From a bacterium (GTDB taxonomy: Bacteria; Hinthialibacterota; Hinthialibacteria; Hinthialibacterales; Hinthialibacteraceae), in assembly GCA_963663405.2 (NCBI GenBank), contig CAXXSM010000118.1, positions 96,001 to 160,000 of the forward strand: DNA of 64,000 nt, in the 5' to 3' direction. Positions 51,641 through 61,477 of the stretch are shown in pieces. Below the pieces are notes generated by a model that did not search any database, was not told the origin of the DNA, and saw nothing but the letters and a program-made list of their open reading frames with translations. The position numbers and the translations under genes are program-made. Numbering within the stretch: position 1 is the first letter of the stretch; each line of letters begins with the position of its first letter.

Positions 51641-51664
51641 GCGTAACACAAAGGAGCGAACAAA

Positions 51665-52168
51665 GTGAAAACTCTCAATACAGAACGCAGTGGTTGGTTG
51701 TTGGCTCGGGTATGGCTGAATTCGCTGGAAGAGACCGCCCGGGATTTTCATGGCACATATCCTAAACCTTTTCTCTCACGAGCGTATGAACACGCGACGG
51801 GAGCCTGGCTCAGTATCCTGCAGGATGAATATGGATTGGAAATCAAAAAATGCCATGGAATTAAGGAAGCGATTGAGCGGTATATCGAAATCGGTGTAAA
51901 GGGTGGATTATTCCAAGACGCCAGTTACTTCCAGATCAAAGAAATCAATCCGAACAAAGTGGAAGTGAATATTCTTGTCTGCCCTTACGCGAAAAATTGG
52001 CGGGATTCGGTTGGGCAGGGATTTTCCAAACGGGATATTTCGAACGCGCGCATCGGTTGTTTCGCCGCAGCCGTGAAGATTTTAGCGGATATCCCCTGCA
52101 CCTATGAAGTCACCAGTGTCGATAACGAGGCGGAAGGCGCCTATCGCGGCTATATCGAACGCATGTAG
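51665..52168 (+). CDS. Hypothetical protein with V4R-like ligand-binding fold
   Basis: AAGGAG RBS plus GTG start; helical N-terminus then V....CPY, GC..AA and CTYEV pattern. Confidence 0.5.
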   Translation: MKTLNTERSGWLLARVWLNSLEETARDFHGTYPKPFLSRAYEHATGAWLSILQDEYGLEIKKCHGIKEAIERYIEIGVKGGLFQDASYFQIKEINPNKVEVNILVCPYAKNWRDSVGQGFSKRDISNARIGCFAAAVKILADIPCTYEVTSVDNEAEGAYRGYIERM

Positions 52169-52191
52169 CGAAACGGAGAGATTCGGTAACC

Positions 52192-54051
52192 ATGACTACT
52201 CTCGATCAATCTATCAGTCTATTAAAATCCTCTTCCTATTGGAAAGAACGGCGGGAAGCCGCTTTAGTATTAGGAAGAAGCAAAGAGTCGCGAGCCAATG
52301 AGGCGCTCGTTGAAGCGTTGAACGATCCAGACGATGATGTTCTTCAGGCCGTGATCCTCTCGCTGGGCGCTACGGGAGACAATAATGTAGTGGAGAAAAT
52401 GCTCCTGCCCCGATATTTGAATCATCCCGATTCACGCATCCGCTGGGCGACCTTAAAAACGATTGGCAAAATCGGCCGCTCCTTCGTTGTCACCAACGTC
52501 GCCGAGCTCATGAATGATGAAGAATGGGTTGTCCGGAACGAAGTGGAGAAACTCCTTCACAAGCAAGTGAAATCCGTCTTGGCCGAATGTTCGGACGAAT
52601 CCGCCCAGCGAATGATGGGACTATTGATTACAGATAATGAGGATCTGCGTGATATTCTGATTGAAGCTTTCCTTCAAATCGGTCCCCGAATCATGCCGTT
52701 GCTTCGTGATTCGGTCCGGGTCGGTGGGCAAAAGATCCAAACGGCGATGGCGTATGTGCTGGGGAAACTGAAAGACGCGGATTCTGTGCCCATTCTAATC
52801 GAATTGCTTGATTCGTCGGATAAAACGATTCGCAAAAGCGCGGTGGACGCATTGGGTCAAATCGCGGACGAATCCTCCATCCCAGCCATGATCGAGAAAT
52901 TTGCGGATTCTTCCAAAGAAGTCCAGCAAAGCGCCGTCGAAGCGCTCGCATTAATTGGTAAACCAGCGGTTGAGCCACTTCACGAAAAGCTTCGCTATTC
53001 ATCCCGCAAAATTATCCAGAAAAACGTGTTGCTGACCTTGGGCATGATCAAGGATCCTTCCTCAATTCCCTATTTCATCGAATATATGGCCAGCACATAT
53101 TTCATCGTCCGTCGCGTCGCGGTGAATGGTCTCGTTCACTATGGAGAGAAAGGCGCGCAAGCGGTTCTCGATGTCATCCGCAATGTCAAATTGCCGATGG
53201 TAGATGATCTTCTCAAGAAATCAGAACACGGCGCGACAATTGGAATCCGGGTACGCGCGATCCGGGCGCTCGGAGCCCTCGCAGATCACCGAGCCGTCCA
53301 TTTGTTGAAACGATTGGCCGCAAGCGAAGAACCATTGATTCAAAAAGCGTCTCTTGAATCCTTAGCGCAAATCGGTTGTTCCTGCTGGCAACGGTCCGGC
53401 GCTTTGGCTGTCTTGCGAGAACTCCGGCTGGCGCCGGATGTGGATCTAATCGTTGAACAATTGGATGATGATTCCGAAAACGTTCGATTCCGGACGGTTC
53501 AAGTCCTGGCGCGTTGCGAAAATCCACGAGCGGTTCCTGCGTTGCTTCAGACCGTTGCGATCGATGGGAATCCAATTATGCGCTATGAAGCGCTTCGAGC
53601 GGCGGATATCTTGGAACCAGGCAATCCCCGAATCGTCGAAACGGCCAACCGCGCGTTGGAAGATCCTGCGCCCCAAGTCCAAGCGGAAGCGGCCCGTGTT
53701 ATTGGCCGTTCTCCCAGCGCCGATCATCTTCCCCTCTTGCTCGAGTGCCTGAAAAACCCGAGTTGGGAAGTCCGCCGGAACACAGCGTTGGCTTTGGGTA
53801 ATATCGGTGTGGCGGCGCTTCCATATTTATTGGAACGGTTAGAAAAGGGTAATGAGACAGAGGTGGAATCAGTGATCCGCGCCATAGGAAATATCGGGGA
53901 TCCGGAAGCGATGTCTAAAGTAGATGCAATACTCGATAATTATCCCAAGAATTCACCGGTCCAATACGCCGCGGTTAAAGCTTTCGCAGAAATTCGAAAA
54001 AGAGAAGAAGAAAAAGAGAAACACGAAGGATTTTCGACCCTTCCATCCTGA
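52192..54051 (+). CDS. HEAT/PBS-lyase repeat protein
   Basis: Repeated VR..A..ALG.IG...A(I/V)P.L...L.D units. Confidence 0.9.
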   Translation: MTTLDQSISLLKSSSYWKERREAALVLGRSKESRANEALVEALNDPDDDVLQAVILSLGATGDNNVVEKMLLPRYLNHPDSRIRWATLKTIGKIGRSFVVTNVAELMNDEEWVVRNEVEKLLHKQVKSVLAECSDESAQRMMGLLITDNEDLRDILIEAFLQIGPRIMPLLRDSVRVGGQKIQTAMAYVLGKLKDADSVPILIELLDSSDKTIRKSAVDALGQIADESSIPAMIEKFADSSKEVQQSAVEALALIGKPAVEPLHEKLRYSSRKIIQKNVLLTLGMIKDPSSIPYFIEYMASTYFIVRRVAVNGLVHYGEKGAQAVLDVIRNVKLPMVDDLLKKSEHGATIGIRVRAIRALGALADHRAVHLLKRLAASEEPLIQKASLESLAQIGCSCWQRSGALAVLRELRLAPDVDLIVEQLDDDSENVRFRTVQVLARCENPRAVPALLQTVAIDGNPIMRYEALRAADILEPGNPRIVETANRALEDPAPQVQAEAARVIGRSPSADHLPLLLECLKNPSWEVRRNTALALGNIGVAALPYLLERLEKGNETEVESVIRAIGNIGDPEAMSKVDAILDNYPKNSPVQYAAVKAFAEIRKREEEKEKHEGFSTLPS

Positions 54052-54084
54052 CCCCGCCTGGATGAAGAGAATTCAATAATTCAA

Positions 54085-54972
54085 TCAAAGAAGCGCCGTA
54101 CTGAAATAACGCTCTGCCCGGTCGGGCAGGACTGTCGCGACATTCCCTGCCCCTTTCGAGGCGAGTTGACGCGCGGCCCAAATATTCGCGCCGGATGATA
54201 TCCCCACTAGTAAGCCATGATCTCTCCCCAGTTGCCGGGTCGTTTCCACCGCTTGTTCATCCGTCACCTCTATCACTTCATCGATCAACGAAACATCAAG
54301 AACGGCCGGGATAAATCCATCCCCGATTCCCTGAATCTGGTGAAGGCCGGGTTCATGACCAAGCAGGGCGGACACGTTCTTCGGTTCAACGGCGGCAAGT
54401 TTTACATCGGGTTTACGTTCTTTCAGAAATTTCCCGATTCCCTGCAAGGTTCCTCCGCTTCCTACGCCAGCTACGAAGCAGTCGATTTCTCCATTCATCT
54501 GCCGCCATAATTCATGAGCCGTCTCTTCATAATGAACGCGGGGATTGTCGGGATTCTCGAATTGCTGTGGAACAAAGACATTAGGATCTTCTTTCTGCAT
54601 TTGACGAACCCGTTCAACCGCGCCGCCGATACTTTCTTTCGCCGGTGTGAGAACCAGTTCGGCGCCAAGGACTCGTATCAGTTTTTTTCGTTCTTCACTC
54701 ATGTTCTCCGGCATGACGATCCGCACTTTATACCCTTTGAGGCGTCCCACCAGCGCGACGCCGATCCCCGTATTGCCGGAAGTCGGCTCAACGATGATTG
54801 AGCCGGGATGAAGCCGTTTATCCCGTTCCGCGCCTTCGATCATCGAGAGCGCCACCCGGTCTTTTACGCTTCCTCCAGGATTCAAAAATTCCGCTTTCGC
54901 GTAAATGGGTTGATCTTTCAAGCGGATTAAAGGGGTGTTTCCAATTAGATTTAAAATATTATCCGTCAGCAT
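54085..54972 (-). CDS. cysK: Cysteine synthase
   Basis: IGNTPL; NPGGSVKDR; EPTSGNTG; GVGSGGT; HQIQGIG; GISSGA. Confidence 0.93.
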   Translation of the reverse strand: MLTDNILNLIGNTPLIRLKDQPIYAKAEFLNPGGSVKDRVALSMIEGAERDKRLHPGSIIVEPTSGNTGIGVALVGRLKGYKVRIVMPENMSEERKKLIRVLGAELVLTPAKESIGGAVERVRQMQKEDPNVFVPQQFENPDNPRVHYEETAHELWRQMNGEIDCFVAGVGSGGTLQGIGKFLKERKPDVKLAAVEPKNVSALLGHEPGLHQIQGIGDGFIPAVLDVSLIDEVIEVTDEQAVETTRQLGRDHGLLVGISSGANIWAARQLASKGAGNVATVLPDRAERYFSTALL

Positions 54973-55034
54973 TCATTCATCTCAATAACATAAGAATTAA
55001 GGAGCAGGTGTCAATAGTATATTAATTTGACAGC

Positions 55035-55310
55035 CTAGCAAACAATTGTAAGCCAAAAGAAAAGGAAGCCAGCCGCAGAGCTAAGAAGCGCGCCGGCAAT
55101 CGCGTATTTCTTAGGAGTATCCGTAATGAGCCCCATTAGACTCAAGAAAAATCCCATAGGAGTTCCGATTACAAATGCGATACCGCCAAGGTACCGAATC
55201 GGCGATCCTCACCCAGGGCGCAGAATAAACATTGCCAGCATAGCGAACCAAGGCATGCATGAGTACAACAAGCCTTTCCCCCCATACCGGACATTTTCAT
55301 CTTCATACAT
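55035..55310 (-). CDS. Small three-TM membrane protein with in-frame UGA at codon 34 (candidate selenoprotein or pseudogene)
   Basis: Manual translation MYEDENVRYGGKGLLYSCMPWFAMLAMFILRPG*GSPIRYLGGIAFVIGTPMGFFLSLMGLITDTPKKYAIAGALLSSAAGFLFFWLTIVC; GGAG RBS upstream. Confidence 0.6.
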
Positions 55311-55501
55311 TTTTGCTTTCTCCAACGTCAACAAGCCAAACATACAAAGGAATGATTATTGTATCCCACTTTAAACCTATATCAATCCCAGATTACGCGT
55401 AGCCGCCTAATGACAATATACATCCTGGGCGATATCTATATTTCAATCGCTGTTCAAAGTAGTATACTTGTATAAACGTTCATCCAAGGAGGTCCTCATT
55501 C

Positions 55502-57166
55502 GTGTATAGGCGTTGTATCAAAGTAGGAATCTATATACTTACCTTTATCCTTCTTAAATCATCAATCGGTCAAGCGCAGTTCTGTTTTGTTGAAAACGCG
55601 AAGGATCGGGGAATCGACTTCGTTCAAGTGAATGGATCGAAGGAGAAAGAATATATTGTTGAGGCGAAAGGGGCGGGTGTCGCCGCCGTTGATGTAAATG
55701 GCGATGGTTGGGAGGATGTGTACTTAGTAAATGGAACCTCCATACACGGAGACGCGCCCTCGCCAGCTCCTGTCAATCGATTGTATTTAAATCAAGGCGA
55801 CGGCACATTTAAAGATGGTACCCAAGAAAGCGGTTTAGGAGATCCAGGCTTTGGCACGGGCGCGTATTTCGCTGATATTGACAACGATGGCGACCTCGAT
55901 TGCTATCTGACCAATTTTGGCCCGAATTCGCTCTACCTGAATGATGGAAAAGGCCATTTTACCCTCGTTCCCGGCGCCGGTGGGGCTCAGAATGATGGAT
56001 GGAGCACGGGTGTAGCCTTCGCGGATATCAATGGCGATGATTTTCTTGATCTATATGTTGGTCAATACGCTGAATTCAGTACGGAAATTGCAAACAAAAA
56101 AGGAAAACTTGGCCCTTATTATGGATTTAAAGCGTTTATCGGCCCCTCATCATTCCAACCGGCGCAAGATAATCTCTTTCTCAACAACGGAGATGGAACC
56201 TTCATAGACGAAACAAAAAAGCGGGGAATCAATTCATTCGACCGTGGGCGCGCCTTCTCTGTTTTCTTCACAGATCTTGACTTGGACGGTGATCTCGATC
56301 TTTACGTCGCGAACGACTCAACCTACAACCAACTCTACGAAAATAACGGAAAGGGATTTTATGAAGATATTTCCCTTCTAGCGGGAATCGGTCTCAGCCA
56401 AGACGGTCGAGAGCAGGGCAGCATGGGATTGGCCATCGGTGACTCAGACGGCGATCTCGATCTAGATATTTTCGTAAACAACTACGACAGTGAATACAAT
56501 ATACTCTACCGGAACGACGGAGATCTCCAATTCACCGATTCCACCTATCCCAGCCATATCGGTCAAGGAACAATGAAAAAAGTTAGTTTTGGCTTATTGT
56601 TGGAAGATTTCGATAACGATGGCTGGCCTGATCTCCACGTCTGCAATGGCCATGTCTATCCTGTCGCTGATAAAGTTCCGACTTTAGATGGTTACGAACA
56701 AGCGGATTTATTCTTCCATAATTTGGGAAAGGGAAATTATAAAAATGTATCGGACCTTGTGGGGCCGGCGTCGAAACTGAAGGGTGTGTCGAGAGGAAGC
56801 GCCACTGCTGATTTCGACCACGATGGCGATCTGGATATCGTAATCAACAACCTCGACCGCGCTCCGTTTTTTTTGGAGAATAAGAGTTCTGTTGGAAATT
56901 GGATACAAATCGCCGCGCAAAACGAACGTGGAATGCCCGCCTATGGCGCGCGTTTAATCGTTGAAAGCAATCTGCGATCCCAAATCGCGGAACTTCACTC
57001 CGGCGCCAGTTTCCTATCCCAAAGCAGCCCCGTCATGCATTTTGGACTGGGCAAAGACATGACTGTCAAAAAAATCACCGTCCGTTGGCCGGATGGAACT
57101 ACGAGTGAATTATCCACCGTCAAAGCCAATCAACGAATGATTATACGGAAAAAGAGCGAGAGGTAA
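55502..57166 (+). CDS. CRTAC1/ASPIC-UnbV FG-GAP repeat protein
   Basis: Repeated D.D.DGDLD.Y..N units; SRG.ATADFD.DGDLD; S.LSQ....HFGLG; VRWPDG. Confidence 0.92.
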   Translation: MYRRCIKVGIYILTFILLKSSIGQAQFCFVENAKDRGIDFVQVNGSKEKEYIVEAKGAGVAAVDVNGDGWEDVYLVNGTSIHGDAPSPAPVNRLYLNQGDGTFKDGTQESGLGDPGFGTGAYFADIDNDGDLDCYLTNFGPNSLYLNDGKGHFTLVPGAGGAQNDGWSTGVAFADINGDDFLDLYVGQYAEFSTEIANKKGKLGPYYGFKAFIGPSSFQPAQDNLFLNNGDGTFIDETKKRGINSFDRGRAFSVFFTDLDLDGDLDLYVANDSTYNQLYENNGKGFYEDISLLAGIGLSQDGREQGSMGLAIGDSDGDLDLDIFVNNYDSEYNILYRNDGDLQFTDSTYPSHIGQGTMKKVSFGLLLEDFDNDGWPDLHVCNGHVYPVADKVPTLDGYEQADLFFHNLGKGNYKNVSDLVGPASKLKGVSRGSATADFDHDGDLDIVINNLDRAPFFLENKSSVGNWIQIAAQNERGMPAYGARLIVESNLRSQIAELHSGASFLSQSSPVMHFGLGKDMTVKKITVRWPDGTTSELSTVKANQRMIIRKKSER

Positions 57167-57172
57167 AATCAA

Positions 57173-57204
57173 CGAACCCGCCGTATCTTCCTACGGCGGG
57201 TTCG
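57173..57204. terminator. Hairpin terminator between convergent genes
   Basis: CGAACCCGCCGTA-N6-TACGGCGGGTTCG, 13-bp perfect stem. Confidence 0.75.
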
Positions 57205-57261
57205 AATTCATTTGTTTTATATGTTTCCCTATCCAATCACAATACGGATAGAGTGCGATTC

Positions 57262-58194
57262 CTACTGCAATAGTTCCCAACTCGGCGCCGAGGATGATTG
57301 CAATTTGGTTAACGTAAATGGACCCGTGTAGGAGAGGGGTTCACGATCAACAAGAGCTTGGGGCCGCATTCCTGCCGGTTCTTCCTCCTCGTTTTCATCT
57401 TGCCGCTCGATGGAAATGGTGAAAGTTCCGGTGATCTCGGTCCGATCTTCATTGATCTGTCCGCTTCCACTAACTGTAAACGTAAAGACTCCAACGTTCT
57501 TGATCTCCGCCGTTGTGGAATAGGAGAATTCAAACTCACTGGGATCAACTATCGTAAAGAGACCCGCAACAGGGATATCGGCCAGACGGCCTTCCTCTCT
57601 CAGCATCCCAAGAATCGTTCCTTCGGCGCCCAATTCAATAACGCCTTCCCAATTAATAATAAGAGAATCGTCATTAATATCCAATTGCCATTCGCCTTCA
57701 AGCAGTTTTCCGCCTAACGCCGGTGTGGATCCCTCACGGGTCATGATGAAAGCGACTGGAGTGGCGCTGTACGTATCGACTGGACTGATGAGTTGAGTGT
57801 AGGCTTGCGATTCTTTCCAAATACCGATTAACAGATTGTTATCTTCAGTTCCCATTCCCGTCGCGACGATTTCGGACGCGACCGCCATCTGTTTGGATTC
57901 GGCGGCGACACCAGCGCCAGCGCCAATGTATAATAACTGACGGGTTTCGGTAAATTCCGCTTTTCCACGGTGAACGGTATTGAAATTATATTCCGTATCG
58001 CCAATGGAATGAACAATCGATTCTGTAAAACTCACATTCCCTTCCGCGTCAAACGTCAGAACGCTGAATTCCGATCCAGGCACTTTGGTTTGCAGCGTCC
58101 ACGTTCCTTTCAAAGCGTCTTCCTGCGCATGAGCAAGACTCACGGCGAACAGCGAACAGACGAGACCAGCGTACAACCACTTTTTCATTCCCAT
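57262..58194 (-). CDS. Secreted beta-rich protein with two lipocalin-like G.W.L repeats
   Basis: AGGAGG RBS; signal peptide ending AHA; LKGTWTL and LEGEWQL; ends SSAPSWELLQ. Confidence 0.7.
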   Translation of the reverse strand: MGMKKWLYAGLVCSLFAVSLAHAQEDALKGTWTLQTKVPGSEFSVLTFDAEGNVSFTESIVHSIGDTEYNFNTVHRGKAEFTETRQLLYIGAGAGVAAESKQMAVASEIVATGMGTEDNNLLIGIWKESQAYTQLISPVDTYSATPVAFIMTREGSTPALGGKLLEGEWQLDINDDSLIINWEGVIELGAEGTILGMLREEGRLADIPVAGLFTIVDPSEFEFSYSTTAEIKNVGVFTFTVSGSGQINEDRTEITGTFTISIERQDENEEEEPAGMRPQALVDREPLSYTGPFTLTKLQSSSAPSWELLQ

Positions 58195-59135
58195 GTTGTA
58201 ATTCCTCCTGTGAAGCAAAAAAAGAATATAGCCCAACCACTTGACCACCTATACATGATGGACAAGATGAGCTCAAAAGACATAATAAATTATTGCATTA
58301 ATACAATTATTGTCAATCATAATTAGGAAAATAAATTACATATAGTAAAATATAAATCTCATCCGCATCTCGCTTTATAAAAAATTAGATATTTAATGTT
58401 TCGGATTTAATCTGTAGTTTGGACAGGGAACCTTGAAGAGAAGAAAAAATGAGGGAGAATCAAAGAAAGGGACGCAGGCTTGTTCGTCTCTTGGAAGAGT
58501 ACTCTTCCAACATGATTCTCCCCCCAGCGTGTTGAGTGTTTCATATCTAAAAATCAGATAACTTTTTTTTGTCCTTATCCTTTATTTCTAAATTCATACA
58601 CAATATATTTACTGAGATATATTTCAAAAATTTCTGTACAAAAAACATGATTCTGTAACATTCCATTTCAATCCAATGAATAGAAAATCGGGAAGAAATT
58701 CAATATAATAATGAAATGTATCCTGATTAACTTTACTATTTCAGGTAAATACTTTAAAAATGATTCTATTTCACATTAATTTAGGGTATAATTGAGAATA
58801 AAAGAAAAACAAAGAAAAATCTTGTCCACAATAATAGATAAAACAATTCAAATTACAATCTTTTAATTCTTTTTGGAAAATTATTTTCCATTACTTATAT
58901 GAGTAAATATTCAAATCAAGATTTTGTCAAGAAAATTTTTCTATTTTTTTAAATTACCTAAATTAAAGGTTTTTATTTCTTTGTGATGGGGATAAGATAG
59001 ATTGAATTTTGATAGATTCTTTTATGGAGAATTCGCATAATTGATTCGAGTGTTTAATCATGGAAGACAGGATTTGTTTTTAGATTTCGTTTTATGTGTC
59101 TTCTCGGATAGACAACAACAAGGAGTCGAACGATC

Positions 59136-60329
59136 TTGAAATTGTTTGGCGAATTATTACGGAACTTCCGGCGGTCTCGAAATATGACCCAGCAGGAGAT
59201 GGCCGATCGTCTTCATCTCTCTTCACCGTATATCGCTCAGATGGAGAGTGGATTTAAACCTCCTCCCCCCCAAGCGATCGTGGATAATATGGCCACGATC
59301 ATGCGTCTTGGAATCGACGAGAAAAAACAATTCACCCAGGCGGCGGAAACAGAACGCGAATTACAGAGTTTGGTGAAAGCCACTCGAAAAGTCGGGTACG
59401 TTTTGGCGGGGAACAAAGTCTGTGTGCCACAGAATTCCATCATTGAACGCGCGCAGAATGAAGTGGAGGAATTGGTCGAGTCTATCCCAAAAGATGCGGA
59501 TTTTTGTATCGATTTGGCGCCGTCGGACCGGAGAAAATGGCATCCAGGAAAGACATCCGTATCGATTTCGCGTCATGGTGAAATGCGATCGTGGATGATT
59601 GCGGAGCTAGGAAACCAACCCGGGGTTCTATTAGTTTTTTTAGGGAATCTTTATGAAGTTCTTTTACTAACACCGGATGAAAGGCTTCTCTGCCGGCATC
59701 CATCCGAACGCCGGATGGCGATTACTGAAAATGGGGATGACATCAATGAGTTCTTCCAACGGGTAAACGGCGCGATAAAAAAAGCCATCTCTTTGGCCGA
59801 AGAGCAGAGACTGCCGGAAGTGATCGCGCCGCACGTGGCTTGGAGAGACATTGATGAAATGCTCGGCGCCAGCCAGGCAAGCGAGACCGGCCAACAAACA
59901 CACGAACTGCGGGCTGGCTCGGATTCGATCCGTAACATCCCTGTTCTCTACATTGTTGAAGCCGGATCGGAAGAATTGGAAGAACGGCCGGGATTGGGCA
60001 GCATCGGACTTCCGCACAATTGGTTCGATTCAACGAGAAAATATGAAGCCTGCAAGATCCAAACCGACGCGTATATATCAATCGGCGTTTGGCCAGGATG
60101 TAAAACGATCTATGAATTGAGCAATGACGCTGAAAATGAAGACCTCGTGATCGTGAAACTTGGCAACCGGATTTGCTTCCGTCGCTATTTTGATTTCGGC
60201 GATCAGATTCTCTTGCAAGGGGGGCCTTTGGCGAAACCGATCCGTGTATTGAAGGGAGAGTCGTCGATCCGTTTTGTGGGGGTTGTGCGAGAATTGGTAT
60301 CCCGGTTTAGGGATATTCAGTATTCATAA
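59136..60329 (+). CDS. XRE-family HTH regulator with degenerate LexA/S24-like C-terminal domain
   Basis: AAGGAG RBS plus TTG start; FGELLR..R....MTQQEMA...S..YIAQMESG; IPVL..VEAG; C-terminal VGVV. Confidence 0.75.
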   Translation: MKLFGELLRNFRRSRNMTQQEMADRLHLSSPYIAQMESGFKPPPPQAIVDNMATIMRLGIDEKKQFTQAAETERELQSLVKATRKVGYVLAGNKVCVPQNSIIERAQNEVEELVESIPKDADFCIDLAPSDRRKWHPGKTSVSISRHGEMRSWMIAELGNQPGVLLVFLGNLYEVLLLTPDERLLCRHPSERRMAITENGDDINEFFQRVNGAIKKAISLAEEQRLPEVIAPHVAWRDIDEMLGASQASETGQQTHELRAGSDSIRNIPVLYIVEAGSEELEERPGLGSIGLPHNWFDSTRKYEACKIQTDAYISIGVWPGCKTIYELSNDAENEDLVIVKLGNRICFRRYFDFGDQILLQGGPLAKPIRVLKGESSIRFVGVVRELVSRFRDIQYS

Positions 60330-60391
60330 TTGTATTGTGGATCAAACCAAAAAGCCGCCGCGATCCATTCGGGCGTGAGAAGGGATTCGTC

Positions 60392-61093
60392 ATGGGAGAA
60401 CCATCTGCCACTCAATGGGCGTCATGGGATGTATGGATTATTGTCATACAATTGACCTTGCTTGCGATCATGCTGATTGTAGGATTTTTCATCTGGCGGT
60501 ACCGCCGGATCACACCGGCCCGTGGTAAGCGCGCAAGCGCCTCCAAGACAATTTTCCGTAAGCAGAATCAAAAATTACAGACACTCGTCGATAATACATA
60601 TTCGAGTGATGACACAGCGCCAAAAATGATTCAATTGGAAGAAGGCGTTTATTCAACTGAAGAGGGATTACATGTCAGTTGGCCGGTTCAAATCCAAGGA
60701 AAGGGAGCGGCCGAAACGGAAATCATCTCCAAGAAAGATAAACCAGCCATCCGCTTGAACGGGGCTAAAAATTGTTCAATCCAGGATGTCAAAATTGTTG
60801 GAGCGATTCAGTGTTCCAGCAGCGAATTACTGGTTGAAAACTGCCATATTGTCGCTAATGAAGAAGGGATCTGCATTGAGGCCTACGATCATTCCGAAGT
60901 TACCTTCAGCGGAGTGATCAGTGGGAATGGAGGAATCGCAATTCGCGCAAATGGAGAATCGAAAGTCTATCTAAGGCCTCCCTATCAGGTCTCCGAAGAT
61001 GAATACGTTATCGCCGATCCTAAAAGTCACATCACAATAGAAATTGATCCAGATGAAGAGGATGAACCATCGGGATCAACGGAAACCGACTAA
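60392..61093 (+). CDS. Membrane-anchored protein with right-handed beta-helix-like domain
   Basis: N-terminal TM followed by RYRR; L.EG.Y...P..I.G.G...T.I; I.C...L..NC.I repeats. Confidence 0.55.
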   Translation: MGEPSATQWASWDVWIIVIQLTLLAIMLIVGFFIWRYRRITPARGKRASASKTIFRKQNQKLQTLVDNTYSSDDTAPKMIQLEEGVYSTEEGLHVSWPVQIQGKGAAETEIISKKDKPAIRLNGAKNCSIQDVKIVGAIQCSSSELLVENCHIVANEEGICIEAYDHSEVTFSGVISGNGGIAIRANGESKVYLRPPYQVSEDEYVIADPKSHITIEIDPDEEDEPSGSTETD

Positions 61094-61477
61094 CTTTTTC
61101 CTCCGCAATATTCTTTGTCCTACAAAATTAATCCAGCCAAATCATCATCCACCAAAAAATCTCTTGCTCAATTCGAATTGTACAAATAAACGTTTTTCAG
61201 TTCTTTTCGTTAATCATTAATGCAGTCATTCGCTCATTGGAATTTTTATTCCTTTACACTTAATACAACCGGAAAAATGACAGAAAAAAAGGGATATAGA
61301 ATAACCTGATTTATAACAATTTACTTTCACAACGGTAGTATATGATGTAATAAATTCCGTAACCGCCGTCACAATGAATTTATCGGAATGATGAAACTTT
61401 TAGAAGAAGAACCAACTGCCTTGGAACATTATAATGAAATCCACATTGCGTGATGGATTGATGATTGGAATTCAATA

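Noticed and set aside
55209-55211. Genome-wide UGA reassignment (genetic code 4 or 25)
   Set aside because: Many well-defined genes here end in TGA (e.g. 3200, 7465, 48186)
55126-55374. Plus-strand 82-aa ORF
   Set aside because: Antisense shadow of the more protein-like minus-strand membrane ORF; no clear RBS
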